Shown one piece after another: positions 27,031 to 42,351 of a DNA stretch of 64,000 nt. Source of the DNA: Stegostoma tigrinum. Taxonomy: Eukaryota. The notes under the pieces are model-generated. The model was given only the letters and a program-made list of their open reading frames with translations. It did not search any database and was not told where the DNA came from. The stretch covers positions 17,487,309 to 17,551,308 of the forward strand of contig NC_081387.1 in assembly GCF_030684315.1 (NCBI RefSeq). The letters are read 5' to 3'. The position numbers were made by a program, and so were the translations under genes. Within the stretch, counting starts at the first letter, position 1, and every line of letters begins with the position of its first letter.

Positions 27031-27659
27031 GAGCCCTGTTCCATAGCTGGTCAGCTCTCCATATAATTTCTCATCTTCTGTGATGGGCCAGAAGCAAAAT
27101 GTTTGCCATTGGATAATCTAAATAAAATGAATGGAGTCAACAAGATTTGTAGACAAACTATTTCCTCTGTTGTGGGAGTTCAAAATAAAAGCAGCATAAA
27201 CTTAATATGGAGGCAGGCATACAGGTGTGTACAGAGGGAAGCACTTTATCACATTAGAAATCATGGATTTCTGAGCACTTTCCACACAAAAGCTACCAGA
27301 TTGAGAGAAGATTAAAGTTAACAAATTCCCCATGAGTAAGGATATGGAGGGACATGGAACAAAAGGGATTGAGGGAGCTGAGATACAGATTAACCAAGAT
27401 ATAACTAAAAAAGTGGAACTATGCTCGCATGACACTTAAGTGACTGAATGACACCTGTTCCTACATTCCCACATGATTCATAGTTTCACCTGCTCTTTTG
27501 CAAGTTTCCTCACTTTTGCCCTTCTTTTGTCAATTGTCATGATGAACACTATGGTGAATGTCTCTCAATTATTGACTTTGTGGGAGTGAGTGTCAGTGAC
27601 AGACTGTGGGAGTGAGGTGCCATAAGACTGAAGATCAGTGACTGTGGTACAACTATTTA

Positions 27660-28975
27660 AGAACGATGGTAAGGAAAATTTTAGGGAAAAATCGACTGGC
27701 ATCGGTGGTAGGCAAATTGTTGGAGGGAATCCTGAAGGACAGGATGTACATGAATTTAGAAAGGCAAGGTCTGATTAGGGATAGTCAACATGGCTTTGTG
27801 CATGGGAAATCACCTCACACTAAACTTTACTGAGTTTTTTTTTGAAGAAGTAACAAAGAGGATTGATGAGAGCAGAGTGGTGGATGTGATCTGTTTTGCA
27901 CTTCGACAAAGTTCCTCATGGTAGACTGGTTAGTAATGTTAGATTACATGGAATCCAGAGAGAACTAGCCATTTGGATACAGAAAGTAGAAGACAGAGGG
28001 TGGTAGTGAAGGGTTGCTTCTCAGAGTGGAGGCCTGTGGCCAGCAGTGTCCCACAAGTATCAGTGCTGGGTCCACTGCTTTTTGTTGTTTATATGAATGA
28101 TTTGAATGCGAACATAGGAAGTATGGTTAATAAGTTTGCATATAACGCCAAAACTGGTGGTGTAGTGGACAGTGAAGAAGGTCAGAGTACAATGAGATCT
28201 TGATCAGAAAAGCCAATGGACTGGGATTTGGCAGATGGAGTTTAATTTAGATAAATATGAGGTGCTACATTTTGGAAAAGCCAATTAGGACAGGACTTAT
28301 TTGCTAATGATAAGGTCATGGGGACTGTTGCTGAGCAAAGGGGCCTTGAAGAGCAGGTTCATAGTTCCTTAAAACAGGAGTTGCAGGTAGACAGAATATT
28401 GAAAAAGGCATTTGGTTTGCTTACCTTTATTGGTCAGTGTATTGAGTATTGGAATTGGGAAGTCATGTTGTGGCTGTACAGAACATTGGTTAGACTACTT
28501 TTGGAATAGGAAGGATGTTGTGAAACTTGAAAGGGTTCAGAATAGATTTACAGGAAAGTTGCCAAGATTGGAGGATTTGAGCTATAGGGAGAGTCTGAAT
28601 AGGCTTGGCTATTTTCCCTGGAGCATCAGAGGCTGAGTGGTGACCTTATAGAGGTTTATAAAACTCACGAGGGGTAAATTGACAAGGTCTTTTCCCTATG
28701 ATGGGCGTGTCCAAAACGAGAAGGCATAGGTTAAAAGCACCCAGGGAGCAACTTTTTCACACAGAGGGAGGTATGTGTATGGAATGAGCTGCCAGAGGCT
28801 GGTAGAATTACAACTTTAAAAGGCATCTGAATGGGCATATGAATAGGAAGGTTTTAGAGGGATATGGGCCAAATGCTGGCAAATGGAACTAGCTGTTGTA
28901 AGATATCTGGTTGGTATGGATGAGTTGGACTGAAGGCTCTGTTTCTGTGCTGTACATTTCTAAGACTGTATGACT
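27660..28975 (+). mobile_element. CR1 LINE 3' half
   Basis: RRQRVVV...VPQVSVLGPLLF and LERVQNRFT motifs, with a 3' tail. Confidence 0.9.
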
Positions 28976-28979
28976 GCAT

Positions 28980-31900
28980 AATTGTGATGGACTCTTTTGG
29001 TGTTCGTCTCTCAGCTATGGTCTCTAAAGTTGAATGTCAGTGCTGGAGTCTGTTGGTCAGTGCCTCTTCGTGATGGATTCAATGGGCCAGTGTCAGTAAT
29101 GGTCTTTATTGTCTGTCACTGAAAAACTCTATAGGTGAGTATTTGTTATTGATAAACTCGCAGCATCAATGTCAGTCATAATCTACCAAAGTCAGTAACT
29201 GTGATGAACTCTAAATGTCAGTGTCTCTCAGTTACAAACCCTAATATCGGTGTCCATAATGGACTCAGCCACTGTCAATGATGCACTGTTTGGATCTGTG
29301 TCTCTAAGTCATTTACTATGGTGAACTGGGATTGATTAGATCAATTGATTGCTGGTTTACAATGTAGAGTAACACCAACAGCATGGGTTCAATTCCCATA
29401 CCATAAATGATTCTCCTTCTCAACCTTTCCCTTCACCAGCTATCTCACTCTGATGAGAGAGTAAATCTACGGTTCTCTGGAATGATTTCAACTTTACCTT
29501 CTATGTGTGGGTCTGCAGACTCTATCTGTCAGCATCACTCCATGATAAACTATGTGCTAGTGCTAATGATGGGATTTATGGGTCAGTATCATTGACAAGC
29601 TCAGTGTTAATGATGGACTATGGGTCAACTTCAGTGATGTACTCTTATGGTTCAGAGTCTCTGCATGACAGTCTATGGGTCAGTGTCAGTGACAATGTCT
29701 GGGGTTCAATGTTTCTATGAAGATCTCCTAGAGACAGTGTAAGTGATAGACCCACAGCTCATTGTCATTGATAGGCTATGGACTAGTGTCATTGTAGTAG
29801 GTCTGTAGGTCTCAGTGACGGACTGTATGGTCACTGTTAGTGATGGACTTATGGGACAGTGTCTCTCCATGATGTTCTCTATGATAGACTCAGTGTCTTA
29901 GTGTTTCTCAGAGTGAACTGGATGCATCTGTATTTGTGTCTGTGCTTTCAGAGACGGACCCTGTGTCAGTGTCAGTGATGGACTCAATGGTCAGTGTCTC
30001 TCCCTGATGGATTCTATGAGTCAGTGTTAGTAGTAAATTTTGTCGGTCACTGTCAGTGATGGATTTTAAAGGGCAGTGTCTCTTTATGGATAGTGTCTCT
30101 CCAAGAAGGATTCTGTGGGTCATTGTCACTGATGAATTCTATTGATCAGTGCCCATTATGAACTCACTTATTGTTGTCCCTCAGTGATGGACCCTATGGG
30201 TCAGTATCATTGAATGATTCTATGGGTCAGGGTCTGCGATGATTTATTTGGGTAACTGTCAGTGTCGGACTCTTTAGATTAGTGTCTCTCCATGAATTGC
30301 AGCAGAATTCTACTCTAGCACAATCTGTAACCTCATGGTCCGGCATATCCCTCACTCAACCATTACCATCAAGCCAGGGGATCAAACCCGGTTCAATGGA
30401 GAGTGCAGGAGGGCATGTCAGGAGCAGCACTGGGCATACCTGAAGATGACGTATCAACCCAGTGAAGCCACAAACAGGACTACTTGCATGCCAAACAGCA
30501 AAAGCAGCAAGTGACAGATAGCGCTAAGCAATCCCACAACCAATGGATCAGAACTAAGCTCTGCAGTCCTGCCACATCCAGTCATGAATGGTGGTGGACA
30601 ATTAAACAACTCGCTGGAGGAGAAGGCTCCACAAAAACCCCCATCCTCAACGCTGGAAGAGCCCATCACATCAGTGCTAAAGATAAGACTGAAGTATTCG
30701 CAGCAATCTTCAGCCAGAAATATTGAGTGGATGATCTATTTTGGCGTCCTCCAGTGGTCCTCATCATTACAGATATTAGTCTTCAGCCAATGTGATCCAC
30801 TCCATGTGATATCTAGAAACGGTTGGAGATACAGGATACTGCAAAGGCTACATACCCTGACAACATTCTGGCAATAGTACTAAAGAGTTGTGCTCCAGAA
30901 CTGTACCGTTCCAGTACAGTTACAACGCTGGTATCCATGCAGCAATATGGAAAATTTCCCAAGTATGTTCTGCACACAAAAAGCAGGAGAAATCCAACGC
31001 AGCCAATTACCGCCCTATCAATCCACTCTCGATCATCAGTAAAGTGATGGAAGGTGTCATCGACGGTGCTATCAAACAGCACCTGCTCAGCAATAACCTA
31101 CTCACTGGCGCTCATTTTGGGTTCCGCCAGGGCCACTCAGCTCCTGACCTTGGTTCAAACATCGACAAAAGAGCTGAATTCCAGAGGTGAGGACAGTGTG
31201 ACAGCCCTTGACATCAAGGCTGCATTCAACCAAGCGGGGCATCAAGGAGCCCTAAAAAATCTGGAATCAATAGGTATCAGCGGCCAATTTCCTGGTGGTT
31301 GGAGTCATACCTCACACATAGGAAGCTGGTTGTGGTTGTTGGAGGTTAGTCATCTCAGCTCCAGGATGTCTCTGCAGGAGTTCCTCAGGGTTGTGTTCTC
31401 GGCCCAACCACCTTCAGCTGCTTCATTAATGACCTTCCCTCCATCATAAGGTCAGAAGTGGGGATGTTTGCTGATGATTGCACAATGTTCAGCACCATTC
31501 ATGACTCCTCAGATACGGAAGCAGTCCGTGCTCTAATGCAACAAGATCTGGACACTATCCAGGCTTGGGCTGACAAGTGGCAAGTGAAATTCATGCTACA
31601 CAAATGCCAGTGCAGCTCCAACACAGTCAAGGAGCTTGACACCATCCAGGATAAATCAGCCTGTTTGACTGGCACTACATCCACAAGCATTCACTCCCTC
31701 CACCACTGACGCTCAGTAGCAGCAGTGTGTACTATCTACAAGATGCACTGCAGAAATTCACTAAAGATGCTCAGACAGCACCTTACAAACCCATGACCAC
31801 TTCAATCTAGAAGCTCAAGGGTAACAGGCACATGGGAACATCACCTCCAAGTTCTCCTCCCAAGTCACTCACTATGCTGACTTGGAAATATCTCACCGTT

Positions 31901-32705
31901 CCTTCACTGTCACTGGGTCAAAATCCTGGAATTTTCTCCCTAATGGCATTGCTGGTCAACCTACAGCTGGTGGACTGCATTGGTTTAAGAAGGCAGCTCA
32001 CCAGCACATTCTCAAGTGCAACTAGAGATGGCCAAGAAATGCTCGCCAGCCAGTGATGCCCACATCCCACAAATGAAAAATAAAATGAAGCACTCTATAG
32101 GTCACTATCAGTGTTGGATTCTATGGGATAGTGACTCTCCATGATGGGCTATATGGGGCAGAATCAGTGATGGACTCCAGAGGTGAGTGTCAGTGATGGA
32201 CATGTTGGGTTTTGTATCAGTGCTAGACTATGTGGACCAGTGTCTCTCAGGAATAGTCTCTCCATGATAGACTCTCCAGGTCATAGTCAATGATGAATTT
32301 TATGGGTCAGTGTCTGTCCATGATGGATTCTTTAGGTTTTATATCAGTCTTGGACTCTATGGGTCAGTATCTCTCTGTGATGGTTTATATGGGTAAGTGT
32401 CAGTGATGGGCTAATGGTCACTGTCTGTCACTGATAGACTCTTTGGGATTGTGTTTCTTTGTGATGGACTCTATGGGTCAATGTCTCCAAATGCCATAGA
32501 GTGCTGTGATGCACTCTATGGATCAGCATCTCTCTTTGATGGACTCGATAGGTCAGTGCGATTGATTGAATCTATGGGTAGTACCCATGAAGATTTGTAT
32601 AGGTCAGTGTCCCTCAATTACGAACTCTATCAGTCACTGTTAGATTGTCTCTGTGTGTCTGTTCCTGTAATGGTCAGTCCAGTGAAATACCTATTGTAAT
32701 GGACT
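28980..32705. repeat. Degenerate 26-30-bp minisatellite (28980-30295 and 32090-32705, also about 27540-27650) interrupted by LINEs
   Basis: Dozens of GTCAGTGTC(TCTC)..TGATGGACTCTATGG units. Confidence 0.8.
30296..32085 (+). mobile_element. CR1-group LINE of a second family (RT and 3' tail) inserted in a minisatellite
   Basis: NYRPINPLSIISKVME, FGFRQGHS, ALDIKAAF and MFADD motifs. Tail GCCAGTGATGCCCACATCCCAC. Confidence 0.88.
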
Positions 32706-33183
32706 CTAACACTAAGTGGACATTTTAATTGCCTCTATTCATGGTTGACTGTACAGGCAATGAGCATCTATTCACGATCTCTTCACCTGTTTTTGTAGTT
32801 TGCACTCCTGACTGTGTGCAGGAGCAAAACTGTGATAAGGCATTTGATACAAAACTGCTGGAGCCCACAGCAAGTGAAGCTGGACTAAAATCCACATCTG
32901 AAATCAAATCAGTGGGGACTTGTCGTTTTCCATTATCATCTTGTTCGTGCATCAGAGTAGGAGTTTTAGCTACTTTTTTTTGGGTACCCACATGTACACT
33001 ATACATTGCATTTATACCTGCCCATACATGGGGACATATGTAACCGTACACCTATGTTCACATACACAGCCACATGCAGTCATTCACACATGCACATATT
33101 TTCTCACTCACACAAGCAAATGAGTCAATGCCAGTAGATTGGAGTAATAAATAAAACTATTAAAATATCCACCTGTAGCTTTA

Positions 33184-34005
<822 letters not shown>

Positions 34006-34914
34006 AATTCCACCTCCCTCATGAGGGGTTCATTTCCTCCTTATATATTAGGCAGAGGTTAGCACCAGATGTACTTTTGGTAAAGTAGTTTAAACCTGCA
34101 TTTGGGAGGGCTTCATGAAGTTTAGCAGCAGGTTGCATCTCAAGTTACCTGCTGGCACTTACTTATTAAGCTGAGAAATTGTTTGGCCAACAATTCACTT
34201 AAGAACCTCCCCTAATGGCAGCCAGCTGGCCAGGTGTGCACATGTTGCTGAGCATTTCATTCTTAGCTTTCAATAGTCACTTGCTAGTGGGATTGACTAA
34301 TTCCACTGCATTTGATATGTATTGTTGAGGCACAGTGGGAGATTTTCAGGGACAATTGTCAGATGTTTTACTGTGGACTTCACCTAAAAGGAGAGTTGAT
34401 ATTTTTCAAGTCCATTTTATAGGAGAAAGGATCATTTGGTGATGGACATCTTGTTCAGAGTCTTCCTTTGTCCTCAGGAGGATTCTTTGCCCTGTGGAGT
34501 AGAGGTCATTACTCCTTCGCCAGACTACCCCTTCAGAACCTTCAGTATCAGAACCATCTCATGTCTTTGCTATTTTTATCTTTAGGTCCTGAGCCACTCT
34601 GAAACTTGTCACTGAATGTCAATAAGTGCGTTCTAGTAGCTGTCAGTGTTTAGAGCCCAGATATACTGTCCCATGAACATTGCCTCCAATCATGCTTGAA
34701 TGCACGTGCTTTTTTTTAACAAAGTCACGGGATGGTAAATCAGCAAGCAGAGCTGAAATTGGAAGCTAAAACCAACCTTTCAAACAGATGCATCTCAATT
34801 GTACATTTAATATCGCTTTTCACGCTTTCACCAAAATAAACTCCATGTAGGCTAAAACACAGGAATAGGCCATTCAGCCCAACCTGTCTTTGCAGGCGTT
34901 TGTGGCCATAGAAT

Positions 34915-35230
34915 CCTTATCATAGCATCCCTACAGTGTGGAAACAGGCCCTTCAGCCCAACAAGTCCACACTGACTCTCAGAGCATCTCACCCAGACCC
35001 ATCTCCCTAATCTACATGCCCCTGAACACTACGGGCAATTTAGCATGGCCAATCCACCTAGCCTTCAGATCTTTGGACTGTGGTAGGAAACCAGAGCACC
35101 CGGAGGAAACCCACACAGACACAAGGAAAATGTGCAAACTCCACACAGGCAGTCACCCGAGGGTGGAATCGAGCGCGGTTCTCTGGCACTGTGAGGCAGA
35201 AGTGCTAACCAGTGAGCCACCGTGCTGCCA
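34915..35230 (-). mobile_element. HE1-type V-SINE
   Basis: Same consensus in reverse. Confidence 0.85.
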
Positions 35231-35911
35231 GTATTCTCCATAAGTCTCTACCCATTGTGATTGCATCTTCCCATTCTGCTTTCCATATCACCCTGCTTTC
35301 TTCCCCCTCAAGCCAGAATCTTATCAGACAGGATACGGGTGACAGTAGGTATAAATGAGCTTGCAAGTGGTCAAGAATTGAATCTGGGTCTTCTCTGCTC
35401 AATACGGTGTGGCAGTAGGCAGGCTGGGGCTCATCTAGCAAACCCATAAAGGATGCTGTCTATGCATCACCAATTGGCATCCAATGCAGTAGTAGCCATC
35501 GTAGCAGTAAGCTTAAAGCTATTGTCCTGGCACAGGCAGGAGCAGAAAGTGATGGGCCAACCTGATATTCATCCAACTGGCCTGTAGTGAGGGGCCAGTA
35601 TATCTGCACTCAATTATAGCCTCATTTTCAGACTGATCTCTTCTCATATAAAGACAGCCATTGAACTCATTCTCAAGATCCTGCCAGGAATGGCTTAACA
35701 AACAGGAGCAAATAACCACATTGAAAACACAATGTTTTCCTGTGAATCTTTTTTCTTTGAACCCTATCTTTTTCTTAACAGTCTGAAATCTGAGCTGATG
35801 GAGCTAATTTGTGTGTCAGAGGCAACCTTCTTCCCACTTATCTCCAGCTGTGTGGCAGGCAGCAGGTTCACTCTCCAGACCTTTGCTCCATTTCTCTGAG
35901 AATATCTTAAC

Positions 35912-37170
35912 GTGCATGGGAAATTGTGTCTCTCAAACTTTGAATGACTTTTTATGACGAGGTAACCAAGAAGATGGATGAAGGCAGAGCTGTAGACATT
36001 GACTACACGGACTTTAGCAAGATGTTCAACAAGGATCTGTATGGTAGACTGGTTGGTAAAGTTAGATCACATGGGATCCAGGGAAAGCTTGCCAATTAGA
36101 TCCAAAATTGGCTTGATAGTAGGAGACAGAGGGTGGTAGTAGAGGGTTGTTGTTTGGACTGGAGGCTTGTGACCAGCAGTGTGACTCAAGGATCGCTGCT
36201 GGGTCCACTGTAGATTCCTTATAAAAAGGACAATTTTAGAATATAGGAGGCAGGATTAGTAAGTTTGTGGATGACACCAAATTCATGGTATCATGGACCA
36301 TGAAGAAGGTTATCCAAGAGTACAAAGGGATCTTGATCAACTGAGGCAGTGTACCAAGGAATGCAGATGGAGTTCAATTCAGACAAACCTGAGATGTAGC
36401 ATTTTGGTAAGACAAACCAGGGCAGGACTTAGATAATTAATGGTCGAACCCTGGGAGTGCTGTCAAACAGAGAAACCCACTTAGTTCCTTGAAAGTGGCG
36501 TCACAGATAGACAGTGTAGTGAAGAAGGTGTTTGGCACGCTTGTCTTCATTGATCATAGCACTGAGTACATGGGTTGGGACATCATGTCACGGCTATACA
36601 GAAATTGTTAAGGCCACATTTGAAGTACTGCATACAATTCTGGTCATCCTGCCAGAGGAAGTATGTTATTAAATTGGAAATGGTGCAAATGTAATTTAGA
36701 AGCATGTTAACTGAGAGTGAAAGGTTTGAATTAAAGGAGAACCTGGATGGGCTGGGATGTTCTCGCCTGGAACGTAGAAGGATGACGGGGGACCTTTATC
36801 GAGGTCTATAAAATCATGAGTGGCACAGACAAGATGAATAGCCAAGGTCTTTTCCCAGGGTAAGGGAGTTCAACACTGGAGAGCACGGGTTTAGGGTGAG
36901 AGGGGCAAGATTTAAAAGGGACCTGAGGGGCAACTCTTTTATGCAGAGGGTGGTGTGTATATGGAATGAACTGTCAGAGGAAGTGGTAGATGCAAGTATA
37001 ATTGCAATATTTAAAAGACATTTGAACAGGTATGAGGATAGGAAGGATTTAGAGCAATTTGGGCCAAATGCAGGCAAATGGGACTAGTTTAGTTTAGGAA
37101 AGCTGGTTAGCATGGATGATTTGGGCCCAAGTGTCTGTTTCCATGCTGTATGACTCCATGACTCTCTGAC
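35912..37170 (+). mobile_element. CR1 LINE 3' half
   Basis: RT motifs (QGSLLGPL, FVDDTK) and a TATGACTC repeat tail. Confidence 0.9.
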
Positions 37171-37329
37171 TCAATGCTGCGCATCCTCTAAATCACACCA
37201 AGTCCCATTCACTCATGAAACTCTCGTGCTCATTGACTCATATTGGCTCTGGTCCAACAAGGCTTCATTGTGCAACAAAATTGCATCCTTCTTTACCAAT
37301 GCTTCTGTGGCTCAACCTCTCCCAACTAT

Positions 37330-37850
37330 AAGACACTAGTTTGGCGTCAAGCCTCAGTTCTGGGCACTGCACTTTAGGAAGGACGTGAAGTTACTGGAGA
37401 GAATGTAGAAAAAATTCTCAAGAAAGTTTCGCGGGATGAGGAACTTCATCATCATCATCATCATCATCATCAAATAGAGTGGAACAGTTGAACAGTGGAA
37501 TCATAAGGAATCCGGACAAAGGAGAAAGGGAAAAACTTCTAAGTCTTGTGAAAATATCAAGAATGAGTGGGCACAGATTTGAAATAATTGGCGAAAGAAG
37601 CAAAAACAAAATAAGCAAAAATATTTTCATATAGTGAGTGATTCAGGTATGCACTTTCTGAAACTGATGGAGGCAGATTCAATATATGTATTCAAGAGGG
37701 AATTTGACTTTTATTTGAAAAAGGACAATGTTCAGAAATGCAAGAAGGCAGCAGGAGAATGGCTAGCGATGAAATGCTCAATTGAAGAGCAGACGCAAAC
37801 TCGAAGGGATGTATGGCCTTATCTGCCCTGTGCTTCTGCAACATTTTTGT
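37330..37850 (+). mobile_element. Old CR1 3' end containing an (ATC)n microsatellite
   Basis: Degenerate CR1 C-terminus, with (TCA)8 at about 37446-37471. Confidence 0.6.
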
Positions 37851-38599
37851 AACTGTTTATTGTCCTACATTCTTTGTGATCTCTGTACTGTTAATTGGAT
37901 ATTATACATAGATTTTTAATCAACCTGTTGGACATGTTATGATGCAGCTCTGGGACAGGTGAGACTTGAACTCAGAACTTCTGGCTCAGAAGCTGGGGCT
38001 GTATCATTGTGATTAAGTGTCTACAGGTGGGCAGCGCTCATTGGATAATTGCTGGCATACAGATAAAGAGACAGCTTTGTGCTTCTTGAATCACCTCCCT
38101 GTAAAAAGTGTAACGTACATTGCTCTAATTCTGGCCTCTTGCACAAACTCAATTTTAATTCTAACACTTGCTGTTCAGCTTCAGCTGCCTCATCCCTAGG
38201 CTTTCGACACCTCTCTGCCTCTTAAAAATTCTCTCCTCCTTTTCAGAAACTTCTTGAAACCTATTTCTTTGACCACGGTTTTGTTCACTTGTCATAATAC
38301 CTCCGCATATACTCCAGTATCAAATGTTGTTTCATCACACGCCTGTGAAATCTCTTACAGTTGTTTCATTATTCTTAAGAGTGCTTTTGAAATACAAGTT
38401 ATGTAGATGCAACTACAAAAGCAAAGCACACCTTGAGCCCCCACCCTTCCCACTAGAAGATTAATTTCTTGCTGAATATACAGTTAAAATTAAAGCTCGT
38501 TAAAGAAAGGCTTTTTTAAAAAAATACACACTACCCTGTACAGCTATCTTGTATAATTACCAAAGGGCAACATATACAATCCTGCCAATGATTTGTTTG

Positions 38600-38890
38600 T
38601 CCTTCTTTCATCATATTCATTTACTGCTCACAATGTGGCCTGCTTGACACTGTGGAGACCAAATACAGATTGGACAACCATTTTGTGGAATATCTCAATT
38701 CAGACTGTGAGCGTGACCCCAGGCTTCTGGCTTTTTGCCATTCCAATTTTCCCACCCACTCTTGTTCTGATCTTTCTGCCCCCGGCCTCCTACACAGACC
38801 CAGTGAAGCTCAACAGAAGCTCACAGAACAGCATCTCATCTTTCCGTTAGACATTTTGCTGCTTTACAGCTTCAAAGCTGAGTTCAATAA
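38600..38890 (+). mobile_element. Old Penelope GIY-YIG fragment
   Basis: ETKYRLDNHFVEYL and KLTEQHLIF, similar to 60340-60560. Confidence 0.6.
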
Positions 38891-40741
38891 CCACCTGTTT
38901 AGCTACCACTCCCATTTTCAGGGGCTGTGGTAACCATGAACAACATCACAAAGGCAGATTATCTGCGCAGGACTCTTGAAAACAAAATTCATTCACAGAA
39001 TGTGGACATCACTGAATGGGCCATTACTTACTGCCTGTTCTAAGCACGTCTGAGATGGTGGTGTTAGACTGCCTTCTTTAGCTGCTGCAGTACATGTGGG
39101 TTAGTTACACCCTCAGTGCCATTAAGGATGGTATATTGAAAGTATGCCACACTGTTGGTGATGTAGATTAATATTTATCCTCTCTCATCTTTTTGAAGTA
39201 GTGGCATTGTAGTAATATCACTGAACTACTAATCCAGAGGCTCAGGCTAACACACTGGAGACACAGGCTGAAATCCCTATTAAAAGGGCTGATAAAATTT
39301 ATGTTCAATTTATAAAATCTGGAATTAATTTCTGCATCGGAAACCATGAAATCATTGTTGATTGTTGTAAAATCCTATCTGGTTCATTACTGTCCTTTCA
39401 TGAAGGAAATCTGCTGTTCTTATCCAATCTGGACTACAAGTGACTCCAGACCATCAGCATCCTCTGAAATGGCCTGGCAGGTCACTTTGTTCACTGGATC
39501 TCACATCCTGTGAATGATTTTGAAATATCATCACAAAAATAGATTAGCTGGTCATTATTATGGTGGTATTTGTAGGATCCTGCTGAGTGCAAATTGGCTG
39601 TTGTTATCTACACAACACTGACAACACTTAAAATACCTCTTCATTCATGGTAAAGCGATTCAAGATGACGGGTGGTCATGAAAAGTGCTATGTAAATGCA
39701 AGTATTTCTTTTCTCTTTATTTATTTCTTTCTCTGAAAAATGTGTCGGTTGTTTCTCATGAAATGAGGCAATCCAATAAAGAATCCTCAGAACTATCAAG
39801 TGTTTTTGACAGAGATGAAATGAAGACACTATTCCTACTGTCAGGAGGGCCAGTAGCCAGAAGACACAGACTTAAAACAGTTTTCAGAAGAACAAGAGAG
39901 GAGATGTGGAGAATTTTTCTCTTCATGATGAGTGGTTATGAACTGGATTGCAGTGCAAAAAGGATAGGAGAAGCATTTTCAATAGCACATTTAAAAATGA
40001 GACTGAAGAGGAATTAATTTCAGGAAGAGGAGAAAGATCAGTAGTGAATGGGACTATATAGTTGGCTTTCAAAGAGCTAACATACGGACAATGGGCGAAG
40101 TGGTCAGCTTCAGTGGTAAGAGATTCAATGAAGGAAAATCAAGTACCATCAGCGATCAGGAATCAGCTCTGACAAAAAATGTTCAGAAGAGTAAATGATT
40201 GTAGGGGCACAGCAGTTCATGATACCATATAGACTACAGCTCACATTGATGGTTGCTATCATCTTTGTCTGTAGGTACAGAAAGAAATACCTGAAGAAAA
40301 GCTTAACACAATCAGAGTCAACGTGGTTTTATGAAAAGGAAATCATGTTTGACAAATTTGCCAAAGTTCTTTAAGAATATAACAAGCAAAGTTGATAAAG
40401 GGGAATCAGTAGATAGTGTATTTGGATTTTCCAAAGATATTCTGTAAGGTTGTACATATAATATTATTGTTTAAAATTGGAATGCATGGAATTGGGCTTA
40501 CTGTGCTAAGAGGGAATGAGTATTGGTTAACACACAGAAGATGGAGAGTCTGGCTTGATGGGTATTTTTCAGTTAGAGGTAAGTAGTCTGCCACAAGAAT
40601 CAATGTGACTGCCACAATTATTCACAACTTATATTACTGACTTGGAGGACAGGGTAGAGTGTAATGTATCCAAATTTGCTGATGATACAAAAATAAGTGG
40701 GATGTTGTGATGAAAGCAAAAGGAATCTGCAAGGGCTTATA

Positions 40742-41068
40742 GATAGAATCCTGATGGTGTGGAAGCAAGCCAGTCAGCCCATTGAATCCACATTAACCCT
40801 CCAAAGAGCATCCCACTCAGATCCACCCCATCTCTGTAACACTGCATTTCCCATGGCTAATCCACCTAGCCTGCACATCGCTGGACACTGTAGACAATTT
40901 AGCATGGCCAAACCACAGAACTTGCACAACTTTGGACTGTGGGAGAAAACCCACATTGATACGGGGTAAGTGTGTAAAGTCCACACAGACAGTTGCTTGA
41001 GCGCAGAGTTGGACCGGGTCCCTGATTCTGAGGCAGCAGTGCTAACCACTGAGCCAACATGCCGCCGC
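40742..41068 (-). mobile_element. HE1-type V-SINE nested in CR1
   Basis: Same consensus in reverse. The host CR1 resumes at 41069. Confidence 0.8.
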
Positions 41069-41991
41069 AGGTTGAGAGAATGGGCAAAAATCTAGTAGAT
41101 GGAGTTTAATGTTGGAAGTTGTGAGGTCATGGACTTTGATGGGAAAAATCAAAGATAGATTATTATTTAAAAGGAAGAAGACTGCAAAAAAGTGCAGCAC
41201 AAAGGGATCTGGGTGTTCTTGGACATGAAATGCTAAAATAATTTCAGCATTATTATTGGGTTTCGAAGTTTAAAAATAGGAAAGTCTTGTTACAACTGTA
41301 CAGGGTGTTGGCGACGCCACTTCTGGTATAATGTGCATATAGGCCTCAAATTTAAGAAGAAAGTACAGGTAGTGGAGGCTATTCAAAAGAAAATCATTTG
41401 GCTTATTCCTGAGGTAAAGGGATTGGCTAATTGAGAACAGTTAAACAAGTCAGGCTTTTATTCATTAGAAGTTAGAAGAATTAGGGGTGATCTTTTTGAA
41501 ACACGCAGGATTCTGTGGGGGCTTGACAAGGTAGGAAACATTTCCACTGTTGGAGAAGTCATGAACCAGGGCAATTAGTTGCAGAACATATAACATAGAA
41601 TATAGAAGAGTATAGTACAGGAGCAGGCCCTTTTGCCCATGATGTTATGCCGAACATGATGCTGAACTAAACTAATCCATTCTGTCTGCCCATGGTCTGT
41701 ATCCTTCCATTCCTTGTATACTCATGCATTTATGTAAAAGGCACATAAATGTCATTATCATATTTGCCTCCACTACTACCCCTGGCAGCATGTTCCAGAT
41801 ACCTACCACACTGTGTGTAAAAAAGAAAAAAAACACCTGCCCCTCACATCTCCTTTGAACTTTACCCCTCTTACATGCATGCCCTGTAATCTTAGACATT
41901 TCAATTGTGGGGAAAAAAGATTCTGACTGTTAACCCTGTCTATGCCTCTCATAATCTTAAACTTCTATCAGGTCTCCCCTCAGCCTCCATT

Positions 41992-42318
41992 TATTAGATT
42001 AGATTAGATTAGATTCCCTACAGTGTGGAAACAGGCCCTTTGGCCCAACAAGTCCACACCGCCCCTTGGAGCATCCCACCCAGACCCATCCCCCTATAAC
42101 CCACACATCCCTGAACACTACAGCCAATTTAGCATGGCCAATCCACCTCGCCCGCACATCTTTGAAATGTCGGAGGAAACCGGAGCACCCGGAGGAAACC
42201 CGCGCAGACACGGGGAGAATGTGCAAACTCCACACAGGCAGTTTCCCGAGGCTGGAATCGAACCTGGGTCCCTGGTGCTGTGAGGCTGCAGTGCTAACTG
42301 CTGAGCTACCGTGCCACC
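41992..42318 (-). mobile_element. HE1-type V-SINE (young) nested in CR1
   Basis: CpG-retaining copy with an (ATTAG)4 tail. Confidence 0.88.
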
Positions 42319-42351
42319 ACTGATCCAGAGAAAATAACACTAGTCTGTCCA

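Noticed and set aside
28980-32705. Regularly spaced short repeats resembling a CRISPR array
   Set aside because: Degenerate tandem units without unique spacers, no cas genes, and a vertebrate context.
32725-33051. Overlapping ORFs of about 105 aa next to the exon
   Set aside because: No similarity to SynGAP or known domains, and no convincing splice sites.
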